From the IMG/VR virus record IMGVR_UViG_3300048691_000203, positions 275-64,274 of that record: a stretch of DNA of 64,000 bases. The stretch is one strand, 5' to 3'. Source of the DNA: a virus (taxonomy: Duplodnaviria; Caudoviricetes). The number at the start of each line of letters is the position of its first letter. The stretch's first letter is position 1. Made by a program: the position numbers and the translations under genes. The notes beneath the pieces were generated by a model. That model worked only from the letters and a program-made list of their open reading frames with translations. It had not been told where the DNA came from and did no database searches. Shown here piece after piece: positions 30,540-40,532 of the stretch.

Positions 30540-30932
30540 ATGGCAGCACTATTCTCCACAATCATATCCAATATTACACCACTCGAGGAATCCGATTCCT
30601 CAAATACATTGAGTCAACTGAGTGACAGATTTTCGGATTCGCGACAAAGCTTGGTTGATGCTCGGACAACAACCTTCAAAGTATTCACCCCTGCCCCAAC
30701 ACTTGCTGTCGCAAACTCATACACTCACGAAGAATTTTCCGCTCTGATAACCAAAGAGTTTGTACCAATCATTAATCAGAATATAACCTCTGCATATCAG
30801 TCACACACTATCAGCAAATTCAAAAACATATACGCTACGGTTGCCTTGAATCCTCAGACTGATTGGGAAACTGCTCGTAGTGTATTGCAGAGCTTATACA
30901 CTACGTGGTGTAGTGTGTTACAACCTGCATAA
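30540..30932 (+). CDS. Hypothetical protein, putative internal head protein
   Basis: Leader 'MAALFSTII...LEE|S'; TAAATA at 30510-30515. Confidence 0.45.
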   Translation: MAALFSTIISNITPLEESDSSNTLSQLSDRFSDSRQSLVDARTTTFKVFTPAPTLAVANSYTHEEFSALITKEFVPIINQNITSAYQSHTISKFKNIYATVALNPQTDWETARSVLQSLYTTWCSVLQPA

Positions 30933-30973
30933 TAAGTACATCTAACTTTACTAACTATCAAAGTCCATAACAA

Positions 30974-32635
30974 ATGAGCAAACTATTAAACATCCTTGCG
31001 GAAATCGATCGCAGAGTATTTCGTGTTGGGTCTGAACTCCACATTTCGGGTGGTGAAATTGGCGTCATGGTCAATCAAACACCCGACAACTTTGAAAAAG
31101 CTGGTGAACCATTTTCTCGCTCTACCGCAAAGATTGTATACAAAGTGACACAATCCAAAGACCGTGCGCGAATCGGCACACTTCAGGTGCAATATGAGTC
31201 GAGAATCTATCTAAAAGAGTCAACGACATCCGCCTACAGAGATCTATTCTCTGAGCTTGATGATGAAATTCGTCTAAGGGGGTATCGATTAGAAAAGTCA
31301 GGATATCCTGTCACACAATCTCACTATACTTGGTGGGTTGAAGAGTTTTTCCGAAATTCGTCTGTCGTACCAGTTAGCATGGTACCGCAGATGATTCGAC
31401 AGTTCGTGGGAGAATATCCTCTGTCGATGTATACCACGGATGTGGTTGAGAACGCTAATCCTTCCGTGCACGTGGGAAACGAGGAAAGTGATTTGTTCAC
31501 AAAAGTGTACGCTCGAGTTTGGGATGGCAAATATCAGGCACTCAATCAATACCGCTCAGCAGTGACTGATGCGATCAATCGTGCATCAGGGTACGGCGGA
31601 GATTTAGACATGGCTGAATTGGTTGATTTATACATCAAGCAATACCCATTTGTAGTTGCTGAAGCACGCAGTGAGAATACGCGATCACTGACATCACTAA
31701 TCGCTCAAGCTCAAGATAGTATAATCGACATTATTCCACGCCCATCTGTATCGAGTGATATCAAGCAGTCGCTGAGATCTACACTAGGTAAACTGGATGC
31801 AGCATTTGCGCTCGCATCTCGGATAACGGAAGATGATATGAGTAGTGACGGTGATGAGTATATCGACGAAGATGATGAAGTTGTTGCAGAGCCTACTGAA
31901 CAGTCTACCTCACATCCACTACGTGACTTGGCTCAACCAGAAGAACCAACACTGAATCTAGATTGGCTCAGCAACTTCGACATCAAGGAAGTGAAGAATG
32001 CAATTGATGAGATCGTCAGCTTTCTGGCTTCGTGTGATGATGACACTCAGATAGAGCTTTTGCGCAACGACATCCGCATACTCGACAATCTCGCCACTGC
32101 ACTCAAGTCGAGAGAATCGGTCGATCAACACTGGGAAATTGCAACTCAGCAAGGGTCGCATGAGCATTTGCATCCAGAATTCGTAGCCAAGATGAATTCG
32201 ACCCTTGACACAAATATCGTTCGTGAAGCTCATGATAAAAAGAAAGCTGCTACTTTTAGTGATCACAAAGAATGGACAGATGCAGCAACTGCTCGTGAAA
32301 TGGATATCAAACCAGGTAAGGGTGGATTTGAGGGTGCGTATTGCGGCACCTCAGGTAAACTGATGGGCATGTGGAAAAACGACAAGGGTTGGATTGCCCC
32401 TGTCGTAAAAGAAGGACTGGATACCACACCTTCCAAAATTGCTGATGAGGCTGATGATAACGGCATTGTAATCAAGGCTGGTGATGATATTGTCTGGTCA
32501 GATCGAAAAGACTCTCCAACAAAACGCGTGGGAACTGTCCTCGCCGACCCAAAGTATACTGGTGGGTTGAAAGTTGGCGGGCGTTCACTAAAAAACATCT
32601 GCGACGATGCTTGGATGATCAGAGTAGTGAAATGA
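30974..32635 (+). CDS. Multi-module putative internal head (poly)protein
   Basis: Leader 'MSKLLNILAE'; modules separated by LKE|S, VVE|N, VAE|A, ITE|D, VRE|A, VKE|G. Confidence 0.5.
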   Translation: MSKLLNILAEIDRRVFRVGSELHISGGEIGVMVNQTPDNFEKAGEPFSRSTAKIVYKVTQSKDRARIGTLQVQYESRIYLKESTTSAYRDLFSELDDEIRLRGYRLEKSGYPVTQSHYTWWVEEFFRNSSVVPVSMVPQMIRQFVGEYPLSMYTTDVVENANPSVHVGNEESDLFTKVYARVWDGKYQALNQYRSAVTDAINRASGYGGDLDMAELVDLYIKQYPFVVAEARSENTRSLTSLIAQAQDSIIDIIPRPSVSSDIKQSLRSTLGKLDAAFALASRITEDDMSSDGDEYIDEDDEVVAEPTEQSTSHPLRDLAQPEEPTLNLDWLSNFDIKEVKNAIDEIVSFLASCDDDTQIELLRNDIRILDNLATALKSRESVDQHWEIATQQGSHEHLHPEFVAKMNSTLDTNIVREAHDKKKAATFSDHKEWTDAATAREMDIKPGKGGFEGAYCGTSGKLMGMWKNDKGWIAPVVKEGLDTTPSKIADEADDNGIVIKAGDDIVWSDRKDSPTKRVGTVLADPKYTGGLKVGGRSLKNICDDAWMIRVVK

Positions 32636-33048
32636 ATATATCCCACCCACTAGAGAATGTGTTTGACTTGGACTCGGGCACAACTCTTGCCACACAACCC
32701 TCAGTACAACTTCCAGTTGTTCCAGTAGCCCCAGCTGCTAACTACGATGAGAAGGACAAGTCTATTGAGGAGCAACTGCAAGAGGTGCAACACCAAGCAA
32801 TGGAGTTAGCAGTAGCAATGAAGCTCAACATTGAGTATGCAGAGCCACGCTCACAAGCTCGACTGGGTGAGGTGTCTATCCAAGCACTCAATACAGCTCT
32901 TGACGCAATCAAACAAAAGGCTGATATCAAGAAGCACAAGGACAAGATGAGTACTACTGGTGGGCTAGATTCTTTCAGTAATACAGTAAACAATACAATG
33001 ATCGTTGATAGAGCAGCGCTCCTCGATAGATTGTTAGCCAATCAATAA
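32632..33048 (+). CDS. Terminase small subunit (T4 gp16-like)
   Basis: Helical; 'EPR....L.EV....L..AL' and C-terminal 'TVNNTMIVDR..LL' pattern; lies upstream of the scaffold gene. Confidence 0.6.
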   Translation: MNISHPLENVFDLDSGTTLATQPSVQLPVVPVAPAANYDEKDKSIEEQLQEVQHQAMELAVAMKLNIEYAEPRSQARLGEVSIQALNTALDAIKQKADIKKHKDKMSTTGGLDSFSNTVNNTMIVDRAALLDRLLANQ

Positions 33049-33141
33049 TATAGGACAACTAAAGTCGTGTACTGCTCCAATATAGCTGCATAACTTACCG
33101 GATCAACGATGATTAGCACCCCAATCACCACTTTTCCTGCC

Positions 33142-33172
33142 AACACTATAAATAATACTAAATATAGTCGTT
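33142..33172 (+). promoter_or_regulatory. Late promoter(s) for scaffold/capsid operon within a weak inverted repeat
   Basis: TATAAATA 33147-33154 and TAAATA 33159-33164; arms AAC-ACTATA / TATAGT-C-GTT. Confidence 0.65.
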
Positions 33173-33194
33173 AACCATATACAAAGGATAAATT

Positions 33195-34133
33195 ATGTCT
33201 GTAGAAGTACTAAAGAGTTTGTTTGAAAGCGAACTTCTCACTGACGATACTAAGGTATCAATTAAAGAAGCATTTGAGCAAGTAATTACTGAAGCTAAAG
33301 AAACTGCTTACGTGGAAGTAACACAAGAGTTAACAGAAAAGTTTGCTAAAGAATATGTTGCTGATCGCGATACGCTAATCGAATCAGTGGACCAATTAGT
33401 AACTGCCGCATTGACTAAGCACATCACTGAACACAAAGCGGATCTGGAATCCTTCCGTGATTTGGAAGCAGAATCAGCAACACGCTTGGTTGAAGCAAAG
33501 GAAGAACTTGCTGTCACTGTGAAGGAAGACTTCAAAGCATTGATTGAAAAATTGGATTCATTCCTTGATATTGCGATCACAGAAGAGTTTGAAGAGATCA
33601 AGGCTGATTTGGTTGAATCTCAACGCAACGCACTCGGTGCTAAGTTGTTCGAAGGTTTCCGCTCTGAATTTGAACAATTCTATGTCCAACAGACTGGCAT
33701 CGCCGGCCAATTGGAAAAACTAACATCTGCACTCCAAGAGTCACAAGCAGAAAATGCAGCACTGAAGAAGTCTCTGAATGAGTCTCAGCGTGCAGCAAAA
33801 ATGTCAACAATTTTATCATCACTTGGCGGAAAGCCAAAACAAGTGATGGAAACTATTCTCGCAACTGTCGCTACAGACAAATTGCAGGAAACATACGATC
33901 GATACATCGACCGTGTAATCACAGAGGGCGCAGCATCTGCTCGTTCACTGGTGGGAAGCGAAGAAACAGAAAAGGAAACTCAAGTACTGTCTGAATCTAA
34001 GGTAGATCCCCGTAAGCTGGAACTGAAATCTGGTGATACTCAACGCAGTACCAAGCGTATTGTTAATGAGTCTATCTCAGGTCTATCAGACGAAGAAAAA
34101 CGTCGCTTGCTCGCAAGCGCGGGTCTAATTTAA
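33195..34133 (+). CDS. Prohead scaffolding protein (T4 gp22-like)
   Basis: Acidic coiled coil directly upstream of the major capsid gene; 'G.KLFEGF..EF'; many (L/I/V)xE sites. Confidence 0.85.
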   Translation: MSVEVLKSLFESELLTDDTKVSIKEAFEQVITEAKETAYVEVTQELTEKFAKEYVADRDTLIESVDQLVTAALTKHITEHKADLESFRDLEAESATRLVEAKEELAVTVKEDFKALIEKLDSFLDIAITEEFEEIKADLVESQRNALGAKLFEGFRSEFEQFYVQQTGIAGQLEKLTSALQESQAENAALKKSLNESQRAAKMSTILSSLGGKPKQVMETILATVATDKLQETYDRYIDRVITEGAASARSLVGSEETEKETQVLSESKVDPRKLELKSGDTQRSTKRIVNESISGLSDEEKRRLLASAGLI

Positions 34134-34155
34134 TATTCAGAAAGGAAAATTGACC

Positions 34156-35469
34156 ATGAATTTACTAGAAAACTGGAGCGAAGCCAAGTCCACCCTCCTG
34201 ACCGGTTTGACCGGCGATACACGCTCAGCAGTTGCGCAACTGTTGGAAAACCAAAAACAAAGCATGACTGAGTCTGCTTCGGGCGGTTCTACACAAGCAT
34301 CTGACATTGCTGGCTTCCGCAACATCCTGTTGCCAATGGTTCGCCGTGTGATCCCAGGTACAATTGCAACCCAATTGGTTGGTGTTCAAGCGATGAAGGC
34401 CCCTGTGTCTGTTGTGTATAGCATGCGCTACAAGTACAACGAAACAGTCGGCGCTCCAAGCACTGTTAATGCAGGCGATGAAATGTTCGGCAATGCTGAG
34501 CCAATCCGCCGCTACTACTCTGGTGATACTGACGCATCTTCTGTTGCACCAGGTGCATCAGGCTTTGGCGCCGTAAATGAGGCAAACATCAGCGGTGCTC
34601 CTACAGGTAGCGCATTCGGTGCAAACACTGGCTTCTCAAGCTTGGATGGTTGTACTACAGGTGGTTCTGGTGGTCGTATCGAAGGTTCTGGTGGCCGTAA
34701 GGTTTCATTGGAAGTCGTGTCTCAAGCCATCGAAGCAAAATCACGCCGCTTGCAAACGAGCTGGACTATCGAAGCAATGCAAGATATGAACAGCCAACAC
34801 GGTATGAACATCGAGACTGAGATGACTGCTGGTATGTCTGCAGAAATTATCTCTGAAATCGACAATGAAGTGATTAGCGATCTGTTGGCACTTGCTGGCA
34901 CAACCGCAACATGGAACGGCGCACTTGCTGCTTCTCCATACACACCAACATTTGCCGGCGATCGCTTTGCAGCTCTTGGTACAATCATCAACGCAGTTGC
35001 AAACGAGATTGGTCGTAAGACACGTCGCGGTACTGGTAACTTTATCGTTGTGTCACCAATGATTTTGTCAGTGTTGCAAAGCGCTTCTAAGTCGGTGTTC
35101 GCACCTGCTGTTGAAGGTTCATTCAAGGGCCCTAACAACACTATGTTGGCAGGTACATTGAATGGTTCTATCAAAGTATACACATACTTGTGGAACCAAG
35201 CATCTTCTACAACTTTCGGTGGATCTGGTGATGATGAGATCTTGGTCGGTTTCAAAGGTGGTGAGGGTCAACAAGACGCTGGTTACTTCTACTGCCCATA
35301 CATTCCATTGATGAGCACTGGTGTGGTTATGAACCCTGTTACATACCAACCATCTATGTCTTTGCTGACACGTTACGCAAAAGCAACGTTCACCAGCACA
35401 GCAACATCTCTTGGTAATTCAAGCGACTACTACGGCAAGATTGTAGTGAATGGGTTGAACTTCGCATAA
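34156..35469 (+). CDS. Major capsid protein (T4 gp23-like)
   Basis: 'LLENQ', 'LPMVRRV.P..IA..LVGVQ.M..P', 'AKSRRL...WT.EA.QD', 'EID.E', 'RRG.GNF', 'DAG.FYCPYIPL'. Confidence 0.97.
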   Translation: MNLLENWSEAKSTLLTGLTGDTRSAVAQLLENQKQSMTESASGGSTQASDIAGFRNILLPMVRRVIPGTIATQLVGVQAMKAPVSVVYSMRYKYNETVGAPSTVNAGDEMFGNAEPIRRYYSGDTDASSVAPGASGFGAVNEANISGAPTGSAFGANTGFSSLDGCTTGGSGGRIEGSGGRKVSLEVVSQAIEAKSRRLQTSWTIEAMQDMNSQHGMNIETEMTAGMSAEIISEIDNEVISDLLALAGTTATWNGALAASPYTPTFAGDRFAALGTIINAVANEIGRKTRRGTGNFIVVSPMILSVLQSASKSVFAPAVEGSFKGPNNTMLAGTLNGSIKVYTYLWNQASSTTFGGSGDDEILVGFKGGEGQQDAGYFYCPYIPLMSTGVVMNPVTYQPSMSLLTRYAKATFTSTATSLGNSSDYYGKIVVNGLNFA

Positions 35470-35482
35470 TCCATAATGCACC

Positions 35483-35514
35483 AAAAAGCCCGCATTCAAT
35501 GCGGGCTTTTTTTT
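35483..35514 (+). terminator. Rho-independent terminator after major capsid gene
   Basis: AAAAAGCCCGCAT-TCA-ATGCGGGCTTTTTTTT. Confidence 0.9.
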
Positions 35515-35623
35515 ACCATGAGGAAAGTCTGTAGATTAGTAGGACATTGAGATCGTAGTGACCACCATCATAAATATACCATAATCTCACATACAAACCC
35601 ACAAAGCTGCCATCCAACTTATC

Positions 35624-37279
35624 ATGCAACCTACGCCCCCAACCCCATACGCTACATCTCTGTTAGAGAAGAACCAGATTCAACTGTTAGAGCCATTTAA
35701 GGGAGCCAAAGCACACCATCAAATGAAATGTGTCGTGTGCAATCACGTGTGGTCTGCGACACCGCTATCCAAGAGACAGGCATTTAAGAAGAATGGAGTC
35801 TCGGGGTGCCCTAACTGCCACAACCAACGGAGACTAGCCGCAGTCCACAGTGTGCAAACACCAATATTGGATATGTGGGCAAGGGAAGGGTTAGAAGTGC
35901 TTAGTCCTTTCACAGGTCTTAGGCAAACAACCCACAAGTTGTGGTTCTATAACAACAAGTGTGGCCATAAGTTTGAAACTTACCCAGGAAATTTGATAAA
36001 CCTGAACTCAGTATGCATTGTCTGTGGTATACACGACCGCACTTCGGGTGTGACAGCGTGGTCGAAAACTAATTCAACCAAGTGGAGAGAGACAGCACCC
36101 GCATGGCGATCGTACAAAGCAATGGTATCTGCACTGACCGAAGAGACGTACCGAAATTTCAAACACATCATAAACCCCAACAACCTGCCACGTGGCAGGG
36201 CGGGCGTCCAGGGTGCATATCACTTAGACCACTTTGTCCCCACGAGATACTGCTTCGACAATAACATCCCCCCAGAAGTGTGTGCTGATGCGTCGAATTT
36301 GCAGATGTTGGGGTGGAGAGAAAATGTAGGATCTCGCCACAATATTAAAGGTGTGATTCCCCCACTATTTTTCAAATATATTTCAGCAAATTCGAAAATT
36401 GAATACTTCGCTGATGTCCTACAGGGCATTTTCCCGACAGGACAAAAGTTTATCAGGGTGGGAGAAGTTGTAGTGACATTTTTTGACCCCTTATCAAACC
36501 GCGCGTTGGTTGTACTATCAATTCAAGACAAAAGATCTAATCGGCGCAATGCATTAGTAACTTCAAGAGCACTAGCAGACGCAGGTGTTAAGTATACGAT
36601 ACTATTTGAGGATGAATTTAACAACATCAATCTACTATCTGCAAAGTTAAAGCACTATACTCAATTAGGAACTCCCAACAGGATTCATGCTAGACAGTGT
36701 ACGATTCGAGAGTGTATCCCTGCCGAGAAAAAGCAATTGTTAGATAGTAACCACATACAGGGGAATGATACGTGTTCAATATCACTGGGAGCATACTTTG
36801 AAACTACGTTGGTTGCGGTGATGACATTCTCCACCCCACGGGTCGCTCTTGGGCAAAAGAATAAATCCTCAACCGATAAGCAAGGTGTGTGGGAATTAAG
36901 TAGATTCTGTACTGATGTTAAGTACCGTATCCCTGGAATTGCATCCAAGTTACTGACTCACTTCAAGCGAACCCAACCTGATTGGCGGCAGATATACAGC
37001 TTTGCTGATAAGAGGTGGAGTGTGGGTAACATGTATACCATACTTGGATTCAAACTAACAGTAGACAATCCACCATCTTATTTCTACGTAGTTGACGGTG
37101 TTCGTAAGCACAGGTGGAACTATCGTAAGGACAATCTCAAAAAGATCCTTCCTCAGTTCGACCCCAAACTAACGGAGTATGCTAATATGGAATTGCATGG
37201 GTTCTGGAGAGTCTGGGATTGTGGGACATTAAAATTTGAAGTGAACCGAGCTGACCTAAGCTGTGACTCACCTGTGTAG
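35624..37279 (+). CDS. Homing-endonuclease-like protein (Zn ribbons, HNH-like core, Hef-like C-terminus)
   Basis: CxxC pairs; 'YHLDH..P...NLQML...EN'; C-terminal 'NHIQG...WELSRFC...GIASKL...SFAD.RWS.G..Y...WDCG'. Confidence 0.7.
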   Translation: MQPTPPTPYATSLLEKNQIQLLEPFKGAKAHHQMKCVVCNHVWSATPLSKRQAFKKNGVSGCPNCHNQRRLAAVHSVQTPILDMWAREGLEVLSPFTGLRQTTHKLWFYNNKCGHKFETYPGNLINLNSVCIVCGIHDRTSGVTAWSKTNSTKWRETAPAWRSYKAMVSALTEETYRNFKHIINPNNLPRGRAGVQGAYHLDHFVPTRYCFDNNIPPEVCADASNLQMLGWRENVGSRHNIKGVIPPLFFKYISANSKIEYFADVLQGIFPTGQKFIRVGEVVVTFFDPLSNRALVVLSIQDKRSNRRNALVTSRALADAGVKYTILFEDEFNNINLLSAKLKHYTQLGTPNRIHARQCTIRECIPAEKKQLLDSNHIQGNDTCSISLGAYFETTLVAVMTFSTPRVALGQKNKSSTDKQGVWELSRFCTDVKYRIPGIASKLLTHFKRTQPDWRQIYSFADKRWSVGNMYTILGFKLTVDNPPSYFYVVDGVRKHRWNYRKDNLKKILPQFDPKLTEYANMELHGFWRVWDCGTLKFEVNRADLSCDSPV

Positions 37280-37341
37280 CAACCAGAGCAATAAACCGCA
37301 TAGAATAATTTATCAGACAATTCTGACAACAAGGAGATTTT

Positions 37342-37656
37342 ATGAATTTACAACCACTCCACGATTTCGTGGTGATTAAAAAACAGGCACAGGTAACTGA
37401 GACAGCATCGGGTATTGTGTTGGTATCCAAAGCTGAGAGTGATACAGAAGTCGGGACAGTAGTGGCTGTCGGCCCAGGTACCTTCATTGGCGATAGATTT
37501 GATCCAATGGTATTATCAGTCGGGAATAGAGTGATGTTCAACCGCAAAAGTGGTCAGGAAATCGAGCACGAAAAAACAAAATATCTATTCTTGAAGCAAC
37601 GTGATATTATGGGTGTTGTGCAACCACCTGTATCACGTGACGCAGGTCAACCTTAA
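37342..37656 (+). CDS. groES: Co-chaperonin GroES (gp31-like)
   Basis: 'LQPLHD.V.I', 'TASGIVL', 'GTVVAVGPG', 'VG..V.F', 'DI.G'. Confidence 0.92.
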   Translation: MNLQPLHDFVVIKKQAQVTETASGIVLVSKAESDTEVGTVVAVGPGTFIGDRFDPMVLSVGNRVMFNRKSGQEIEHEKTKYLFLKQRDIMGVVQPPVSRDAGQP

Positions 37657-38390
37657 AGAGCTGCTCGAAGTCGGTCCCACATACTGGGCGAAATCATAAC
37701 ACACTTACCAGATACCCAGACTTCACGATCTTGTGTCATGAGTGCTCTTGGTAGTGTGGCTGTAGTGTACTTTTTTAATTGAAGTGATTCGGGTGAGTAT
37801 AGGTTCCCAACCCACCACTTAACATCCGATGTGGTCTGGAGTTGAGTGTGGAGCTGCTGGTTCAAAAAGCTCAAATCACTGTCTGATAACTTGTCGAGAT
37901 CTGAGTACTCCTCACAACCCACCTTCTTGAACACTGAATTCAAATCATCAACCATGTAATTCCGGGTAAAGCTACGTACAGGTGTAGCCCATAAGTCGTG
38001 GTATGGACATACCCCAATCTGAACTCCATTGAAGGGGATTAGAATCCACACATCTCGGAAGTTGCCAAAGGCACTTGCTGTACCTCGATTGGTAGATCCA
38101 ATAAAGCTTCTAGAACGCTTTGGCCAACCAGCCCAACTAGGGATTGCATCAAATACAGATGTATAGAAGTTTGTGGTGTTTTTAGATTTTCTTACAGTTT
38201 CACTGGGGTCCACGTATAAAAAGCCTGCTTCTGACGTCAACTGCTTATCCCCTCTGTAGATTGGGGTGTTACTTGTCAACATCCACAGCGCATCAGAACA
38301 GTGTGCTCTTAACATTTCTACAGCACTAGTATCATCTTGAGTAGTATACTTGGGTGCTGTCTCGAATAAAATTTTTGTGAAAAGATTCAT
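37653..38390 (-). CDS. Putative internal head protein, ADP-ribosyltransferase-like paralog 2
   Basis: Leader 'MNLFTKILFE|T'; IYRG ... SFIGSTN ... REVW; minus-strand TAAATA at 38423-38428. Confidence 0.5.
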   Translation of the reverse strand: MNLFTKILFETAPKYTTQDDTSAVEMLRAHCSDALWMLTSNTPIYRGDKQLTSEAGFLYVDPSETVRKSKNTTNFYTSVFDAIPSWAGWPKRSRSFIGSTNRGTASAFGNFRDVWILIPFNGVQIGVCPYHDLWATPVRSFTRNYMVDDLNSVFKKVGCEEYSDLDKLSDSDLSFLNQQLHTQLQTTSDVKWWVGNLYSPESLQLKKYTTATLPRALMTQDREVWVSGKCVMISPSMWDRLRAAL

Positions 38391-38465
38391 GTGTAGCTGG
38401 CAGGGCCCGATTGGCGATCAGCTATTTATCCAACAATATAATCTATGTCAGTGGGATTCACGCAA

Positions 38466-39452
38466 TCATCGGGAATTCGTCAGCTTTCTATTGTTGTATG
38501 TTGGTATGTCGAATTCCTGTTCAATTACCTTTCTCAAGTAGGTCCTGCTGGCAGGTAAATCAATAGACTCTGCTATTTGTTTCCATCTGAACTCAGGATT
38601 TGCTGTAACCACTGCTCTAATCTTATCCAAGTATTGGTCGTCGGATATCCCAGTCCACCTTCCATTCTTTTCTTTCGGTCGAGAGGCTTTTGATGGATCT
38701 TTGACCTTGCGTCCTGTGTTTACGTGGACCAGCTCACCAGTAACTAATCGCTCATCTGTCTTTAGTACTTGGAAACTGTTGCCGTCCTTATCCTTGACAT
38801 TTATCCTACCTTTAGCCAAGTGACAAAAGCCCTCAGGCAATTCGTCGCACCGGTTGTGTTGTCTGATCTCACCAGTTTCAATATTTCTAATGGACACAGT
38901 ACTTTTCCACATAGGTTGTAGCTCCCCTGATGTTATCCTAATATCATCGACTGGAACTTGGTAGTAACTTCCCGTAGAATCCCTAACTACTGCTCTCCCT
39001 ATGCTAGATACATTGGGTCGCCCTCTCCTTTTACTCGGCCCGTACTTTGCTCCTCTATTAAATGGAATATAACTACCAGCTACATACAGAGGGTGATCTA
39101 TGGGCACAGGTCCGATGTAAATTCCAGTCACTGCACACCTGACGTTTACCGTAGTGTTGATGTATACTCCAGAACCAGATTGCTTATTCAACCAATTGAG
39201 TCTACCGGCGGCTCTTAGTCGCTTCAGTACTCTCGATTCCCACTCTCTGCACTTGTTACAATCGCTGAAAACTTTTCGAATTTTGATCACATCTGGCTCG
39301 CCGTATTTCAATCGACAATCCTTGACTACTTTAGATGATGTGAAGTATGTAACCCATAGATTATCTGGATTTGCATTTTTTCCGTATTGGCATCCGTAGT
39401 ACCATCGATCTAATGTTGACCAACCAACCAAATATGTGTAAGATGTGCACAT
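38466..39452 (-). CDS. GIY-YIG (Seg-like) homing endonuclease
   Basis: 'YTY.......WYYG', 'YFTSS', 'WE..VL', 'LN'; repeated C-terminal modules; minus-strand TAAATA at 39479-39484. Confidence 0.8.
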   Translation of the reverse strand: MCTSYTYLVGWSTLDRWYYGCQYGKNANPDNLWVTYFTSSKVVKDCRLKYGEPDVIKIRKVFSDCNKCREWESRVLKRLRAAGRLNWLNKQSGSGVYINTTVNVRCAVTGIYIGPVPIDHPLYVAGSYIPFNRGAKYGPSKRRGRPNVSSIGRAVVRDSTGSYYQVPVDDIRITSGELQPMWKSTVSIRNIETGEIRQHNRCDELPEGFCHLAKGRINVKDKDGNSFQVLKTDERLVTGELVHVNTGRKVKDPSKASRPKEKNGRWTGISDDQYLDKIRAVVTANPEFRWKQIAESIDLPASRTYLRKVIEQEFDIPTYNNRKLTNSR

Positions 39453-39509
39453 GTTGCTCCTTAGTGTTGCAATTTTTTTATTTATCTTACAGAGTATCGA
39501 GAAATCAAA

Positions 39510-39929
39510 ATGACCCGAGTTAACTTAATAGATCCGGTGCTACTAATGGATTGCCATTTATTTTCGGAATTCAGGGAATTGAAGATGGTACCCAAATCCC
39601 TAATCAGAAGCCTCCGAGCTTTCGGAGTAGAGCGAGTGTTGGAACGCATGCCTCCCCGGTTCACATTAAACACTGGCCACGTTTCGTGGTTTTATAACAA
39701 GGGGCTTTACTTAGCTAACAGGTATGAGAGAATTAAGCGTGAGTTGGATGTTAGGGGTGTCAATTACAACAAAGAGTCACAGTTCGACAGTGATACATTC
39801 ATTAATGCTGGACTGTACCTAGACTGGACACCAGATCAGCGGGATATCGATATTGTTACCGAACGAATAGATTCTCGAATCTCAGAAAAGCCCCATTGGT
39901 ATCGCTACCGTGGGGTCAATCTTTGTTGA
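39510..39929 (+). CDS. denV: Pyrimidine-dimer DNA glycosylase / endonuclease V
   Basis: 'MTRVNL..P..L.D.HL..E.REL', 'FTL..GHV.WFYNK..YL..R', 'RI.EKP.WY'. Confidence 0.92.
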   Translation: MTRVNLIDPVLLMDCHLFSEFRELKMVPKSLIRSLRAFGVERVLERMPPRFTLNTGHVSWFYNKGLYLANRYERIKRELDVRGVNYNKESQFDSDTFINAGLYLDWTPDQRDIDIVTERIDSRISEKPHWYRYRGVNLC

Positions 39930-40158
39930 GTTCTTCATAGTACTCTGGTGAAACAGGGTGTTGCTCACCTGTATCTTCAATCGGTCCCCAGAATTGGATT
40001 GGACAGTATGAGTGTTTGAGTCGAACTTTTGCTGGCATAAAGCAACCACACTGGTTGCACATATTCATCGCACTCATGTTGATACAACGCTTGCATGTGT
40101 CGAAGCGCTGATCTGCTTGTTGTTGTGTAGCAATGTAACTACTCACCCACTTCATCAC
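39916..40158 (-). CDS. Small Cys-rich Zn-binding protein
   Basis: 'R...C..C.......C..CGCF...K.......CP...W'. Confidence 0.65.
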   Translation of the reverse strand: MMKWVSSYIATQQQADQRFDTCKRCINMSAMNMCNQCGCFMPAKVRLKHSYCPIQFWGPIEDTGEQHPVSPEYYEELNKD

Positions 40159-40532
40159 AGTACTTCCAAGGTAATGGGGTAGTTGCGAAAATATAACATA
40201 GAATTTCTTAGTGAGAATTCACTGCTTGGGAGCTCGGATTGGATAATGGATAACTCAGGCTGCGTCATAACAATTTCGGCAGGTTGGGTGTGATAGTTTG
40301 TGTAAAACACATCAAAAGCCCTCAGTATCCCATTAGCCGCATTACCCGCTTCTATTGGATAGTTTGTGGATCTTAACTTCACTCCCCCTCCCTTATTGCC
40401 ACAGCACGCAGCCTTGGTTGCAAAAATAAATTTCATGTAATAATTATGTATTGGTGTTGTGAGATATTTACCAGGATAGAGCCAGTGCCTATCCTGGTAA
40501 CGGGGGATAGTATTAGAAACCTTCGCTGGCAA
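40155..40532 (-). CDS. Hypothetical protein
   Basis: ORF coupled between phoH and the Cys-rich gene; start uncertain. Confidence 0.5.
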   Translation of the reverse strand: MPAKVSNTIPRYQDRHWLYPGKYLTTPIHNYYMKFIFATKAACCGNKGGGVKLRSTNYPIEAGNAANGILRAFDVFYTNYHTQPAEIVMTQPELSIIQSELPSSEFSLRNSMLYFRNYPITLEVL

